Source: an uncultured Chloroflexia bacterium (GTDB lineage: Bacteria > Chloroflexota > Limnocylindria > Limnocylindrales > CSP1-4). From it: 64,000 nt of DNA. The notes beneath the pieces were generated by a model. The model did not search any database. It was given only the letters and a program-made list of their open reading frames with translations, and had not been told where the DNA came from. This document shows positions 48,169 to 60,075 of the stretch, piece after piece. The position numbers and the translations under genes were made by a program. The stretch is taken from NCBI GenBank assembly GCA_963742075.1, contig CAVUKR010000006.1:138727-202726 (forward strand), in the 5' to 3' direction. How positions within the stretch are numbered: position 1 is the stretch's first letter; each line of letters starts with the position of its first letter.

Positions 48169-49869
48169 TGAGCTCGCGGTGCTCGCCCCAGGCGACGCGC
48201 AGCCGGTCGCTGATCTCCCCGACCGTGGCGTAGGCCCGCACGGCCTCCAGGATGGGCGGCATCAGGTTGCCGTCGCCGCGGGCGACGGCCTCGAGCCGGT
48301 CCATCGCCGCGGTCCACGCCTCGGCCGAGCGCTCGGCCCGCACCCGCCGGACGCGCTCGACCTGGCGACGCTCGCCGTCCGGGTCGATCCGCTGGAGCTT
48401 GGGTGTCGTGATCTCGTCGTCGCGGAAGCGGTTGACCCCGACGACGACCTGGTCGCCCGACTCGATCGCGCGCTGGACCCGGTAGGCGGCCTCCTGGATC
48501 TGGCGCTGCTGGAAGCCGCCCTCGATGGCGGCGAGGGTCCCGCCCATCGCCTCGATCTCGTCGAGGTAGGCCCACGCCGCCGCCTCGAGCTCGTTGGTCA
48601 GGCTCTCGACGTAGTACGAGCCGGCGAGCGGGTCGGGCGTCTCGGTCACCCCGGCCTCGTGGGCGAGGATCTGCTGGGTCCGCAGCGCGAGCCGGGCGGC
48701 CTCCTCGGTCGGGAGCGCCAGCGCCTCGTCGCGCGAGTTCGTGTGGAGGCTCTGGGCGCCGCCGAGGACCGCCGCCAGCGCCTGGATCGTCGTCCGGACC
48801 ACGTTGTTGTCGATCGACTGGGCGGTCAGGCTCGAGCCCGGCCGTCTGGACGTGGAAGCGGCAGACCCACGACCGCGGGTCCTTCGCCCCGAACCGCTCG
48901 CGCATGATCGTCGCCCACATCCGCCGGGCGACCCGGAACTTGGCGACCTCCTCGAACAGCTCGCGACCAGGCGGCGAAGAAGAACGACAGCCGCCCGGCG
49001 AAGTCGTCGACGTCGAGTCCCGCGGGCGACCGCCGCCTCGACGTAGGCGATCGCGTCGGCCAGCGTGAAGGCCAGCTCCTGGGCGGCCGTCGCGCCCGGC
49101 CTCGCGCATGTGGTAGCCGGAGATGGAGATGGTGTTCCACTCGCGGGAGCTCGGCGGCGCAGAACTCGAAGACGTCGGTCACGAGGCGCATCGACGGGCG
49201 CGGCGGGAAGATGTACGTCCCGCGGGCGATGTACTCCTTGAGGATGTCGTTCTGGGTGGTCCCGGCGATTGCGGCCCGCGGCACCCCCTGGGCCTCGGCC
49301 GCCGCGACGTACAGGGCGAGCAGGATCGGCGCCGTGGCGTTGATCGTCATCGACGTGCTGACCCGCTCGAGCGGGAGGCCGTCGAGCAGGATCGCCATGT
49401 CGGCGAGGCTGGAGATCGGGACGCCGACCCGCCCGACCTCGCCCTCGGCGTCGGCTGCGTCCGAGTCGTAGCCCATCTGGGTCGGCAGGTCGAAGGCGAC
49501 CGACAGCCCGGTCTGGCCCTGCTCGAGCAGGTAGCGGAAGCGCCGGTTCGTCTCCTCCGCGGTCGCGAAGCCGGCGTATTGCCGCATCGTCCAGAACCGG
49601 CTCCGGTACATCGTCGGCTGGACGCCGCGGGTGAACGGGTACTCGCCGGGCCGGCCGAGGTCGCGGGCCTCGTCGAGCCCGGCGATGTCTGCCGGGGTGT
49701 ACAGGTCGCGGACGACGATGCCCGACGACGTCTCGAAGGGTTCGCGCCGCTCGGGGGCGCCCGCGACGGCCTTGGCCCGGAGGGTCTCGCGCCAGCGGTC
49801 ACGCCCCGGGTCGACGGCTTCGCCGGTCGGTCGGTCGGGTCGCGGGGCGTCGCCCCCGGCCGGCTTCAT
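48158..49869 (-). pseudogene. Methylmalonyl-CoA mutase, catalytic (large) subunit of split type without a B12-binding domain, with at least four frameshifts
   Basis: The N-terminal TIM-barrel ([23 protein letters not shown]...) is good to about 49115. The next 300 nt read MCM sequence alternately in three frames ([10 protein letters not shown] / [19 protein letters not shown] / [32 protein letters not shown]). The remainder ([22 protein letters not shown]...) is in ORF 48158..48802, ending ...GEHRELITV. Confidence 0.8.
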
Positions 49870-52222
49870 GCGAGGACCAGCATGAGGTCGCCCACCTCGA
49901 TCGTCGTCCCGACCCCGACGGCGACCCTCGAGATGACCCCGTCGCGCGGCGCCCGGAGCTCGTTCTGCATCTTCATCGCCTCCACGACCAGGAGCTGCTG
50001 GCCGGCCACGACCGGGTCGCCCGCGACGACCGAGACCGACACCACCTGGCCCGGGATGATGGCATGGACCTCGGTCGGGCCGCCGTGCGCCGTCTCCTCG
50101 CGACCGCGCCGGGCCCGCTCGCGCAGCGAGGCGCGGCGCTCGGACTCGATGTCGACCTCGACCAGCCAGCCGTCCACGATGACCTCACGACGACCCTCCC
50201 CGGCTCCACCCGTCCGTCTCGCGGTCGTGCCGGCGGCGGCCGCCGGACCGCCGGCGGGCAGGATGAGGACGCGGGTGCGGACGTGCTCGCCGAGACCCTC
50301 GACGAGGACGGCGTGGACCGGTCCGCTCCGTTCGAGGCTGATATGGGTCGGCTCGCCGTCGACGATGACCACGTCGCCGGTGTCGCCCGGGGCGCGCCCG
50401 AGCCCGGCCGTCGGCGCGGCCACCCCGCCGAGGACGCCCGTCCCGCTGACGTGGGGCGCCGGAGCGAGCGGGACGGCCGGTGGCTCGATGACGATCGGCA
50501 GCGAGCCCCGCATGTGCCGCCGACCCGCGCCAGCGCGACCCGGACGGCGCGGGGGTCGAGGATGCGAACGGGGGTCGTCGGGGCCGGAGCGGTCCGGGGG
50601 TCGCCGGCCGCCGGGTGGACGTGGCGGTCGGCCGAGGCGCGGGGCCGACGGCTCATCCGGGCCACCGGTCCGTCGCCGCTGCGCGTGCGGCGCGTCGCCA
50701 GCGGCTGTCGCCGGCCCACTCCGACCTCGGCCGATGTGGTCGTCGGCCGTCCCTCGAGCGCGGTCGCGTGCCCGCTGGCGAGCGCGTCCACGCCGGCCGC
50801 CAGCATCGCGACCCGGGCCGCCCTGGCGAACTCGGCCGGCCCGTCCCAGTGCTCCCCCACCCAGCCGGTCGACAGCTCGCCGGCCGCGAACGACGCGCTC
50901 CGGGCCACGAAGCGATGGAACGGCAGGGTCGTCTGGAACCCGGCGATCTCGGTCTCGTCGAGGGCGCGGCGGAGGCGGGCGATGGCCGCGTCGCGATCGC
51001 CGGCATGGACGAGGATCTTGGCGATGAGGTTGTCGTACTCGGCCGGGACCCGGTCGCCGGCCTCGAGCCCGGTGTCGACGCGGACGCCCGGGCCGGCCGG
51101 CATGACCCACCGCCGGACCCTCCCCGGGGTCGGGCTGAAGTCGCGGGATGGATCCTCGGCTGCGATGCGGACCTCGATCGCATGCCCCGCCGGGTCGGTG
51201 GCCCGCTCGGCGGCGGCGAGCGCTTCCTCGGACAGCGGCCGCCCGGCCGCCAGCCAGAACTGCTCGCGGACGATGTCGAGCCCCGACACGAGCTCCGTGA
51301 CGCCGTGCTCGACCTGGAGCCTGGTGTTGACCTCGAGGAACCACGACGACCCGTCCGGATCGTGGAGGAACTCCGCGGTCGCCGCGTTGCGGAGGCCGGC
51401 GGCGGTCGCGATCTTCACGGCCATCGCGTGGAGCTCGCGCCGGCCATCGACCGACAGACCGGGCGCCGGCGCCTCCTCGACGAGCTTCTGGTGTCGTCGC
51501 TGGAGCGAGCAGTCGCGTTCCCCGATGGCGACGACGTGCCCGGTGTCGTCACCCAGCAGCTGGACCTCGATGTGACGAGCCGGGATGATCTCGCGCTCCA
51601 GGTAGACCGATCCGTCACCGAATGCCGAAGCTGCTTCGCGTGAGCCGCCGGCCAGCGCCGCCGGCAGGTCGGCGGCCACCACCACCCGGCGCATCCCGCG
51701 CCCGCCGCCCCCGGCCGCGGCCTTGACGAGCAGCGGGAAGCCGATCGACTCCGCCTCGGCGATGATCGCGGCGACCTGGTCCGGGCGATCGACCGGCGCC
51801 GGCTGGAGGGTCCCGGGGACCGCCGGGACGCCGACGTCGCGAGCCGTCCGCCGGGCATGCAGCTTGTCGCCGAGCGCCTCGATCGCCGCGGATGGCGGGC
51901 CGACGAAGACGAGTCCCGCGTCCTCGACCGCGCGAGCGAAGGCGGCCCGCTCGGCAAGGAACCCATACCCCGGGTGGATGGCCTCGGCGCCGGTCCGACG
52001 GGCCGCCTCCACGACAGCGTCGATGCGCAGGTAGCTCTCGGTCGGCGGCGGAGGTCCGATCCGGACTGCGATGTCGGCCAGGCGGACATGCTGGGCCTCG
52101 GCGTCGGCGTCACTGTAGATCGCGACGGCCTCCATCCCCAGCTCGTGGCATGCCCGGATGATCCGGACCGCGATCTCCCCGCGGTTCGCGACCAGGACCC
52201 GGCGGAAGGGGGCGTCCGTCAC
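49866..52222 (-). pseudogene. Acetyl/propionyl-CoA carboxylase alpha subunit (biotin carboxylase plus BCCP), at least one frameshift
   Basis: The biotin carboxylase domain (RVLVANRGEIAVRIIRA...EVNTRLQVEHGVTE) is in ORF 49973..52243. The C-terminal biotinyl domain with EAMKMQN is in ORF 49866..51344 in another frame. The shift lies between about 50450 and 50700. The GTG start is at 52222. Confidence 0.8.
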
Positions 52223-52230
52223 GGGGCGTC

Positions 52231-52248
52231 CGTCTTTGCGCAAAGACG
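52231..52248. promoter_or_regulatory. Perfect 18-bp palindrome CGTCTTTGCGCAAAGACG (site A) between the pccB stop and accA start
   Basis: Perfect inverted repeat, 9 nt upstream of the accA GTG. One of three related sites in the window. Confidence 0.5.
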
Positions 52249-52255
52249 CGCTCCG

Positions 52256-53810
<1,555 letters not shown>

Positions 53811-53828
53811 GGGGATCGGACCTCCTGG

Positions 53829-53846
53829 TGTCCTTGCGCAAAGACA
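53829..53846. promoter_or_regulatory. 18-bp near-palindrome TGTCCTTGCGCAAAGACA (site B), 19 nt upstream of the pccB start
   Basis: 16 of 18 positions are symmetric. It is identical to the reverse complement of site C. Confidence 0.5.
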
Positions 53847-53932
53847 ACAGCATCATAGTCACGCATCAGGCGCCGATGAGACGGCGATCGGCCCCCTCGT
53901 GGGCGTCGCGTCAGGGTCGGTCGGATGCGTTG

Positions 53933-53976
53933 GATATCCACAGATTTGGTGAACAACTCGCAAAGCGTGTGGATAA
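53933..53976. promoter_or_regulatory. Pair of inverted DnaA-box-like 9-mers (ATATCCACA and TGTGGATAA) in the pccB/parA intergenic region
   Basis: TGTGGATAA at 53968-53976 is a perfect match to the TTATCCACA consensus on the opposite strand. ATATCCACA at 53933-53941 has one mismatch. The region is locally AT-richer than the flanks. Confidence 0.4.
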
Positions 53977-54077
53977 CCGGGGTGCCCGAAACCGACCGGG
54001 GCGGGTACCATGACGACACTCGTTCCCTCCCCCCGACGGCCCCGGCCGCCCGCCAGAAATCCTGAGGTGATGCCCCG

Positions 54078-54849
54078 GTGACGAACGTGATCGCGATCGC
54101 CAACCAGAAAGGGGGCGTCGGCAAGACGACGACGGCGATCAATCTCGCCGGTGCGCTGGCCGAGGAAGGGTTCCGCATCCTCTGCGTCGACATGGATCCG
54201 CAGGCGAACCTCACCGCCGGACTCGGCATCAACCTCAACACGGTCGAACGCTCGATGGCCGACGTCCTCGCCGATGGTCGCTCGACGCTCGGCGAGGTGA
54301 TCCTCGCGACCGAGACGCCCGGCATCGACGTCGCGCCGGCCCACATCGACCTCGCGTCGACCGAGGGCGAGCTGTTCACGGCGCTCGGGCGCGAGCAGAT
54401 CCTGCGCGAAGCGTTCGAAGGCCAGATCGACGCCTACGACTACGTGCTGATCGATTGCCCGCCGAACCTCGGCTTGCTGACGGTCAACGGCCTCGTCGCG
54501 GCGAACGGCGTGATCATCCCGGTCCAGACGCAGTACTACGCGATGAAGGGGCTCAACAACCTGGTCAAGGTCATCAACGCGATCCGGCATGAAGCTGAAC
54601 CGCGACCTCAAGATCCTCGGCCTGCTGCCGACGTTCTTCGACGGCCGGACCAACCTCGCCCGCGACATGCTCGACGAGCTGCGCGTCGTCGGCGACCACC
54701 ACGTCTTCACCAGCATCGTGCGCACCACCGTGAAGCTCGGTGAGGCGCCACTGGTCGGTCGGCCGATCACGACGTACGCCGGCGCCAGCGATGCCGCTCG
54801 GATCTATCGCGCATTCGCCCGGGAGGTGATCGACCTTGGCCCGAACTGA
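54078..54849 (+). pseudogene. parA: Chromosome partitioning ATPase ParA/Soj, one frameshift
   Basis: Walker A motif (KGGVGKTTTAINLA) from the GTG at 54078. The frame is lost at about 54588 (VINAIR|KLNRDLKILGLLPTFFDGRTN continues in ORF 54589..54849). Confidence 0.8.
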
Positions 54850-55864
54850 TTTCCGCGCGGCAGCCGCCCGGCGGCTGTCCGAGGACACCATGCTCTCGCC
54901 GGCGATCGTCAGCCTCCTCACGCCCGACAGCCCGACCCGATCGGTCGGTGTCCGGATCGTCCCGGTCGACCACATCGAGCCGAACCCGGAACAGCCGCGC
55001 ATGGTCTTCGAACCGGCGGCGCTCGACGAGCTCGCGGCGTCGATCCGCGAGCACGGCGTCCTGCAGCCGATCCTCGTCCGGCCGCTCGGGCCGAACACCT
55101 ACCAGATCGTCGCCGGCGAGCGACGATGGCGGGCGTCACGGCTGGCCGGCCTCGAGAGCATCCCCGCCCTCATCGAGGACATCGACGACGACACGGCGCT
55201 CGAGATCGCGATCATCGAGAACCTCCAGCGCGAGGACCTGACGCCGCTCGACGAAGCGGCGATGTACGACCGCATGATCCACGAGCACGGCTACAGCATC
55301 CGGAAGCTCGCCGACAAGCTCGGCAAGGACAAGGGCTACCTCGAGAACCGGCTGCGCCTGGCGGACGCCCCGCCCGAGATCCGCGAGCTCGTGTCTTTGC
55401 GCAAGGACAGCCTGTCCCACGCGTACGAGCTCATGAAGGTCGAGGATCCCAAGAAGCGCCGACGGCTGGCCGAGCAGGTCGCCCGCGGCGAGCTGACCCT
55501 CATCAAGCTGCGTGACAAGATCGAGGGCCGGCGCCCGCGCCCGGCCGCCGACGTCGAGGATGCGGTCGAGGCGTCCGGCGTCGCGAGCGCGGCGCCCGCG
55601 ACCGACGAGGAGACCGAGGCCGATGGCGGCTGGGCTCCCGAGCCGAGTCCCCCACTCGGCGACATCTCGGACGATTCGCTGGTCAACGCCAAGCAGAGCC
55701 TGGCCGACGCGGTGGATGAGCTGGTCGGTGTCCTGGGCAATCCCGAGGTCCGCGGCTCGATCGGCGCGACCGACCGAGCGAACCTCGCCAAGTACCTGAC
55801 CATCGCCAAGCTCCGTCTCGAGAACGCGATCGCGATGGTCCGGAGCGACGACGCGGGGAACTAG
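54836..55864 (+). CDS. parB: Chromosome partitioning protein ParB
   Basis: 342 aa with the ParB box (QPILVRP...YQIVAGERRWRASRLAGL) and HTH. The TTG start overlaps the parA 3' end; an ATG at 54890 is an alternative start. Confidence 0.9.
   Translation: MARTDFRAAAARRLSEDTMLSPAIVSLLTPDSPTRSVGVRIVPVDHIEPNPEQPRMVFEPAALDELAASIREHGVLQPILVRPLGPNTYQIVAGERRWRASRLAGLESIPALIEDIDDDTALEIAIIENLQREDLTPLDEAAMYDRMIHEHGYSIRKLADKLGKDKGYLENRLRLADAPPEIRELVSLRKDSLSHAYELMKVEDPKKRRRLAEQVARGELTLIKLRDKIEGRRPRPAADVEDAVEASGVASAAPATDEETEADGGWAPEPSPPLGDISDDSLVNAKQSLADAVDELVGVLGNPEVRGSIGATDRANLAKYLTIAKLRLENAIAMVRSDDAGN
55392..55409. promoter_or_regulatory. 18-bp near-palindrome TGTCTTTGCGCAAGGACA (site C) inside the parB coding sequence
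   Basis: Exact reverse complement of site B. Lies in the parB region encoding LVSLRKDSLS. Confidence 0.5.
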
Positions 55865-56679
55865 CTCCCCGACGGCGCCGGCGATCCTAGGGCGCCAGCG
55901 GCACAGCCGCGAGCCAGGCGGCCGCGAGCAGGCCGACCCCGACCGCCTCGAATTCCCACGCCCGCTCCCGTCGCGCGGCGTCCCCCCGACGACCGAGCGC
56001 GATGCCGACGGCGATGACGAGCCCGGCCGCGAGCGCCGCGATCACCGGGGCCCACGCCGACGCCGGCGCCCTGCCCGCCGTCCCGGGCGAGCGTGACGAA
56101 CGCCGCGCCCACGACGACCGCGAGGAGGACGGCGTGGACGGCCCAGGCTCGCCCGGGGCCCAGCCGCCGCGCCACCGACTCGACGCCCGACGCGGCGTCG
56201 CGGTCGACATCGGCCAGGGCGTTCGAGATGGCCAGGGCGGCGCCGGCCACGACGGCCGTCGGCAGGAGGATCGCGAAGGCCGCGGGAAGGCGCCCCGCCG
56301 TCCCGAGCCACCCGTAGACCGGCAGGAGCGGGATCCCCGAGCGCGAACGGGACCCACGACCAGGCCGTCCCCTTGAAGCGGAGGTCGTAGGCGTAGCCGA
56401 TGCCCAGGACCACGACGGCCAGGGCCACGGTGGCCGGACCGGACGGGATGGACAGCGCGACGCCGATGGCACGCCGCGGCGACCAGCCACCGTCCGAGCG
56501 ACCGCCGGCGAGACGAGACCCGCGGGGATCGGCTTGCCCGGCTTTCGCCCGGCATCGCGGGGCGCGTCGACGAGGTCGTTGAGCGACCCGATCGAGGCCT
56601 GCAGGAGCGTCATCGCCAACCCGAGGCGAGTCGCGGTCGCGCCATCGGCGCCGGCGATCGCCGCGACGATCCCGACCAC
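55861..56679 (-). pseudogene. UbiA-family prenyltransferase, at least three frameshifts
   Basis: Asp-rich motifs (LNDLVDAPRDAGRKPGKPIPAG, DVDRDAASG) and TM segments are distributed over ORFs 55861..56679, 56042..56698 and 55887..56555 in three frames. Confidence 0.55.
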
Positions 56680-56767
56680 CAGGCCGTCGAGCAGGCACGG
56701 GAACGGGTGGGTCAGCCGGACGAGACCGCCGACGCGCGCCAGCCGACCGTCGTCCCTGGCGGGCGCC

Positions 56768-57037
56768 TCAGACGTAGACGATCTCGTCGAAGTTCTCGAG
56801 GAGGTACTCGATCAGCCGGTCGCGGCCGTCGGGGACCTGGGCGCGGATCCCCGCCACGAGCGCGAAGAGGGTGATCGCCGGGACCATCAAGCGACCCTTC
56901 GCATCGCGGCCGATGACCGCCGGCGGCCCACCGCCGGATGCGAACACGCGTTCGAAACCACGCTCGTCGAGACGACCGGCGCGCCGGAAGTCTTCGACGA
57001 CCCGGACGACACCGCGGCGGATCGCGACGTCGCGCAT
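56768..57037 (-). CDS. Hypothetical small protein
   Basis: About 89-aa ORF tail (MRDVAIRRGVVRVVEDFRRAGRLDERGFE...EYLLENFDEIVYV) downstream of plsC. The start is uncertain. Confidence 0.3.
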   Translation of the reverse strand: MRDVAIRRGVVRVVEDFRRAGRLDERGFERVFASGGGPPAVIGRDAKGRLMVPAITLFALVAGIRAQVPDGRDRLIEYLLENFDEIVYV

Positions 57038-57141
57038 CAATTCGGCGGCCCAGGCGTCGATCTGGTCATCGCTCTGATCGGCCAGGCGGGCGCGGTATTC
57101 CGTGGGGTCGGCCGACAGTCCGGTCGCTGGCACGGGTCCTC

Positions 57142-57957
57142 CTACGTCGGTTCGGGCGGGTCGAAGTATGCCAGACCCGACGCCGCCGAGGCCGCCCGGG
57201 CCGCCTCGCGCGAGCCCTCCGGCCAGTCGTTGAAGACCTCGGTGACCCACCGGCCGACGGGCCCGGGCGGCGCGACCTCCGGGGCACCGGCGACGAGGTC
57301 GTGGAGGGCCGACCAGAGCTGCGTCGTGGCCTCGTTGACGCTCTCGCGCGTCGGCCGGCCCGAGACCGCGATCGGCTCCCCCACCCGGACCCTGACCCGC
57401 CCACCGAACCGCAGCCAGCTCGAGCCACGGATCGCGATCGGCACCAGCGGGATCCCGGATCGCAGCGCGAAGAAGGCGGCGCCCTCGCTCAGCGGCAGGA
57501 GCTCCGATTCGCGGGCGTGGATCCGCCCCTCGCCGGCGATGGCGATGACCGCGCCGGTGCCGACGACCGCGCCGACCCGACGGGTCGCGTCGAGCAGGTC
57601 GTTCTTGGCGGGCTTGTACGGGATCGCCGTCCCGGTCCAGGTCATCAGCCGATTGCGCCCACCGACGCGCATGTCCTCCTCCTTGGGACCGAAGAACCAG
57701 AGGCGCGGTCGGAACGGCAGGACGGCCATCAGGACGAACGGGTCGGCCCAGCTCATGTGGTTGAAGCAGTAGATCGCGGGCCCGGCCGGCAGGCGCTCGC
57801 GGCCCTCGATCCGCACGCGCAGGTAGGCACGGGTCAACGCTCCCGCGACGATGCGCGAGACCCAGTAGCGGATCGTCCGGCGGAGCGGACCGATCGCCGG
57901 TCCGGGCAGGGTCGTCCGATCGTGACCGTCGGCGGTCAGGTCGGCGACCCCTTCGAC
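57142..57957 (-). CDS. plsC: 1-acyl-sn-glycerol-3-phosphate acyltransferase (lysophospholipid acyltransferase)
   Basis: HxxxxD acyltransferase motif (CFNHMSWADP) and AGEGRIHARE. The start is uncertain; the long ORF N-terminus is spurious. Confidence 0.7.
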   Translation of the reverse strand, partial: VEGVADLTADGHDRTTLPGPAIGPLRRTIRYWVSRIVAGALTRAYLRVRIEGRERLPAGPAIYCFNHMSWADPFVLMAVLPFRPRLWFFGPKEEDMRVGGRNRLMTWTGTAIPYKPAKNDLLDATRRVGAVVGTGAVIAIAGEGRIHARESELLPLSEGAAFFALRSGIPLVPIAIRGSSWLRFGGRVRVRVGEPIAVSGRPTRESVNEATTQLWSALHDLVAGAPEVAPPGPVGRWVTEVFNDWPEGSREAARAASAASGLAYFDPPEPT

Positions 57958-58454
57958 GAGGCCGTCCGCGGGGCCGGCCGGCCCCCCCGTCCGCCCTTCG
58001 GCGCGCTGCCCGGCCGCGACCTGGTCGGCGTCGGAGCGGCAGGGGTCCGGCCGTCGACCGCGGCGAACAGCGCCTGGGCGAAAGCCGCGATCCCTTCGGC
58101 CATCGCATCGGCACCGTTGAGCACGAGGTTCTCGACCTGGAACGTCACGAACCGGTGACCGCCCTGGATCTCGACCGCGAGCTCGCCCAGCTGGAGGCGG
58201 TTCCAGCGGACGACCTTGCCGGCCGCCCGCGGGCCTTCGCCGGCGACCGCCACCCGGACGTTGATCTGGAGGAGGCCGCTCGGGGTCGGGACGAGCATGA
58301 GATAGCGGACCGCCGGGTCGTCGCCCCAGGCGATCCAGCACTCGGGGTCCAGGTCGGCGCCCAGGGCGACCAGCGCCTGCTCGATGACCGCCATGACCTT
58401 GGGCGCGACCGAATCCTTGATCGGTGCCTTGGCGCGCCATTCGCCGAGTCGCAT
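57936..58454 (-). CDS. DUF3145-like conserved hypothetical protein
   Basis: 172-aa ORF. The N-terminal 130 aa have a globular coding-like composition and the C-terminal tail is low-complexity. The family assignment is from memory and tentative. Confidence 0.5.
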   Translation of the reverse strand: MRLGEWRAKAPIKDSVAPKVMAVIEQALVALGADLDPECWIAWGDDPAVRYLMLVPTPSGLLQINVRVAVAGEGPRAAGKVVRWNRLQLGELAVEIQGGHRFVTFQVENLVLNGADAMAEGIAAFAQALFAAVDGRTPAAPTPTRSRPGSAPKGGRGGRPAPRTASSKGSPT

Positions 58455-58593
58455 GCCCGAGCCTCCGTCCGCCGATCGCGCGTCCCGGGAACGCCTGACC
58501 GGACCCTGCCCACGAGGCTAGCACACGACGGTCGCGGGAGGATCATGACATTTGGCCGTTGTCGAGGGTAGTCGGTCGGATACCGTACGTGCC

Positions 58594-59575
58594 ATGCACA
58601 TCCGACGTGGATTCCTGGGTTGGGGCGTCTTCCTGATCCTTGCCGGAGCCGTCCCGCTCCTCGTCAGGTCCGGGTATCTCGACGCCGACCAGATCGGCCG
58701 CCTGTGGCAGCTCTGGCCGTTGATCATCGTCGGGATCGGGGTCGGCCTGATCCTGCGTCAGACGCGGTTCGACTTCGTCGGCGGGCTCATCGTGGCGGCC
58801 ACGGTCGGGCTTGATGGCGGGTGGCGTGCTCAGCGCCGGGTTCGGGCCGATCACGAGCGGCGTATGCGCGTCGCAGAGCGGGAGCGTCGCGTTCCCGGCG
58901 CGTGACGGCACGTTCGCCGGGGCCGGTTCCGTCGACCTCCAGCTCGACTGCGGGAACCTGACGGTCTCGGTCGCCCCGGGCAACGCCTGGCATGTCGACG
59001 GCAAGGATGCCGACGGCAAGGGCCCGAACATCGAGTCGACCGACGCCTCGCTCAGCGTCCGGTCGCGCGACGACCACGGCGGGGCCTTCTGGGCGTTCGG
59101 GCCGCGCGACACCTGGGACGTCTCCGTCCCCGATGCCTCGAAGGTCGACGTCGACCTCCAGCTCAACGCCGGTTCCGCGAAGGTCGACCTCGCCGGCGCG
59201 ACCGTCGGCGCGTTCGATCTCCAGCTGAACGCCGGTTCGGCGACGGTCGATCTCGGCTCGGCCAAGGCGCTCGGCGGGCTCGACGCCAGCCTGAACGCGG
59301 GGTCGCTCGGGCTGACCCTGCCGAACCTCTCGCTGTCGGGGACCATCGAAGCCAACGCCGGCTCGGTGAAGCTGTGCGCGCCGGCAGGCGCCGCCCTCAA
59401 GCTCCATACCGGCGAGAGCATCGTCAGCAGCTACGACTACGACGGTCACGGCCTGGTCAAGGACGGCTCGACCTGGACGACCCCGGGCTTCGACACGGCG
59501 GCGGTCAAGATCGAGCTGCAGACGTCGGCGAACGCCGGTTCGTTCACGCTCGACCCGGAGGACGGCTGTGACTGA
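58594..59575 (+). pseudogene. LiaF-like / DUF4097 'putative adhesin' domain membrane protein, one frameshift
   Basis: N-terminal 2-TM part (ORF 58552..58905) joined at about 58810 to a beta-strand repeat domain (DLQLNAGSAKVDL, DLQLNAGSATVDL, DASLNAGSLGLTL) in ORF 58811..59575. Confidence 0.6.
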
Positions 59576-60050
59576 GCGGCTCTACCGATCGCGCGACGAC
59601 CGGATGCTGGCGGGCGTCGCCGGCGGCGTCGCCGAGATGCTCGACACCGATCCGTCGCTGATCCGGATCGTCTGGGTCCTGCTCGCCTTCCTGACCGGCG
59701 GCATCGCGCTCGTCGTCTACATCGTCATGGCGATCGTCGTTCCCGAGCAGCCGCCCGGCTACCTGCCCGGCACCCCGCCGCCGGCCGGCACCGCGCCGGA
59801 CGGTCCGCCGCTCCCCGCGCGCCCCGTCGCCCGCGTCGGCCGCACCGGCCGGTCGCCATCGTCGCGACCCGCGGACCGGGCCCGCGGCGGCTTCGTCATC
59901 GGTGCCGTGCTGATCGTCATCGGCGGCCTGTTCCTGGTCCGCCAGTTCGTCCCTGCCTTCGACTTCGGGCTGTGGTGGCCGGTCGCGGCGATCGGGCTCG
60001 GGGTGGTGCTCATCATCGTCGCCATCACGCCGTCGCGACGCTCGGGCTGA
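59568..60050 (+). CDS. PspC domain-containing membrane protein
   Basis: LYRSRDDRMLAGVAGGVAEMLDTDPSLIRIVWVLLAF is the PspC signature. The GTG overlaps the upstream gene's 3' end. Confidence 0.8.
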   Translation: MTERLYRSRDDRMLAGVAGGVAEMLDTDPSLIRIVWVLLAFLTGGIALVVYIVMAIVVPEQPPGYLPGTPPPAGTAPDGPPLPARPVARVGRTGRSPSSRPADRARGGFVIGAVLIVIGGLFLVRQFVPAFDFGLWWPVAAIGLGVVLIIVAITPSRRSG

Positions 60051-60075
60051 CGGGCCGGTCCCGTACGATGGGGCC

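Noticed and set aside
52231-52248. Palindrome A as an intrinsic terminator for pccB
   Set aside because: An 8-bp stem with a 2-nt loop and no U-tract, sitting 9 nt before the accA start. Two further copies occur in non-terminator contexts, including inside parB. A protein-binding site is more likely.
53859-54770. 303-aa minus-strand ORF
   Set aside because: Exactly antisense to parA, which has Walker A and ParA motifs on the plus strand.
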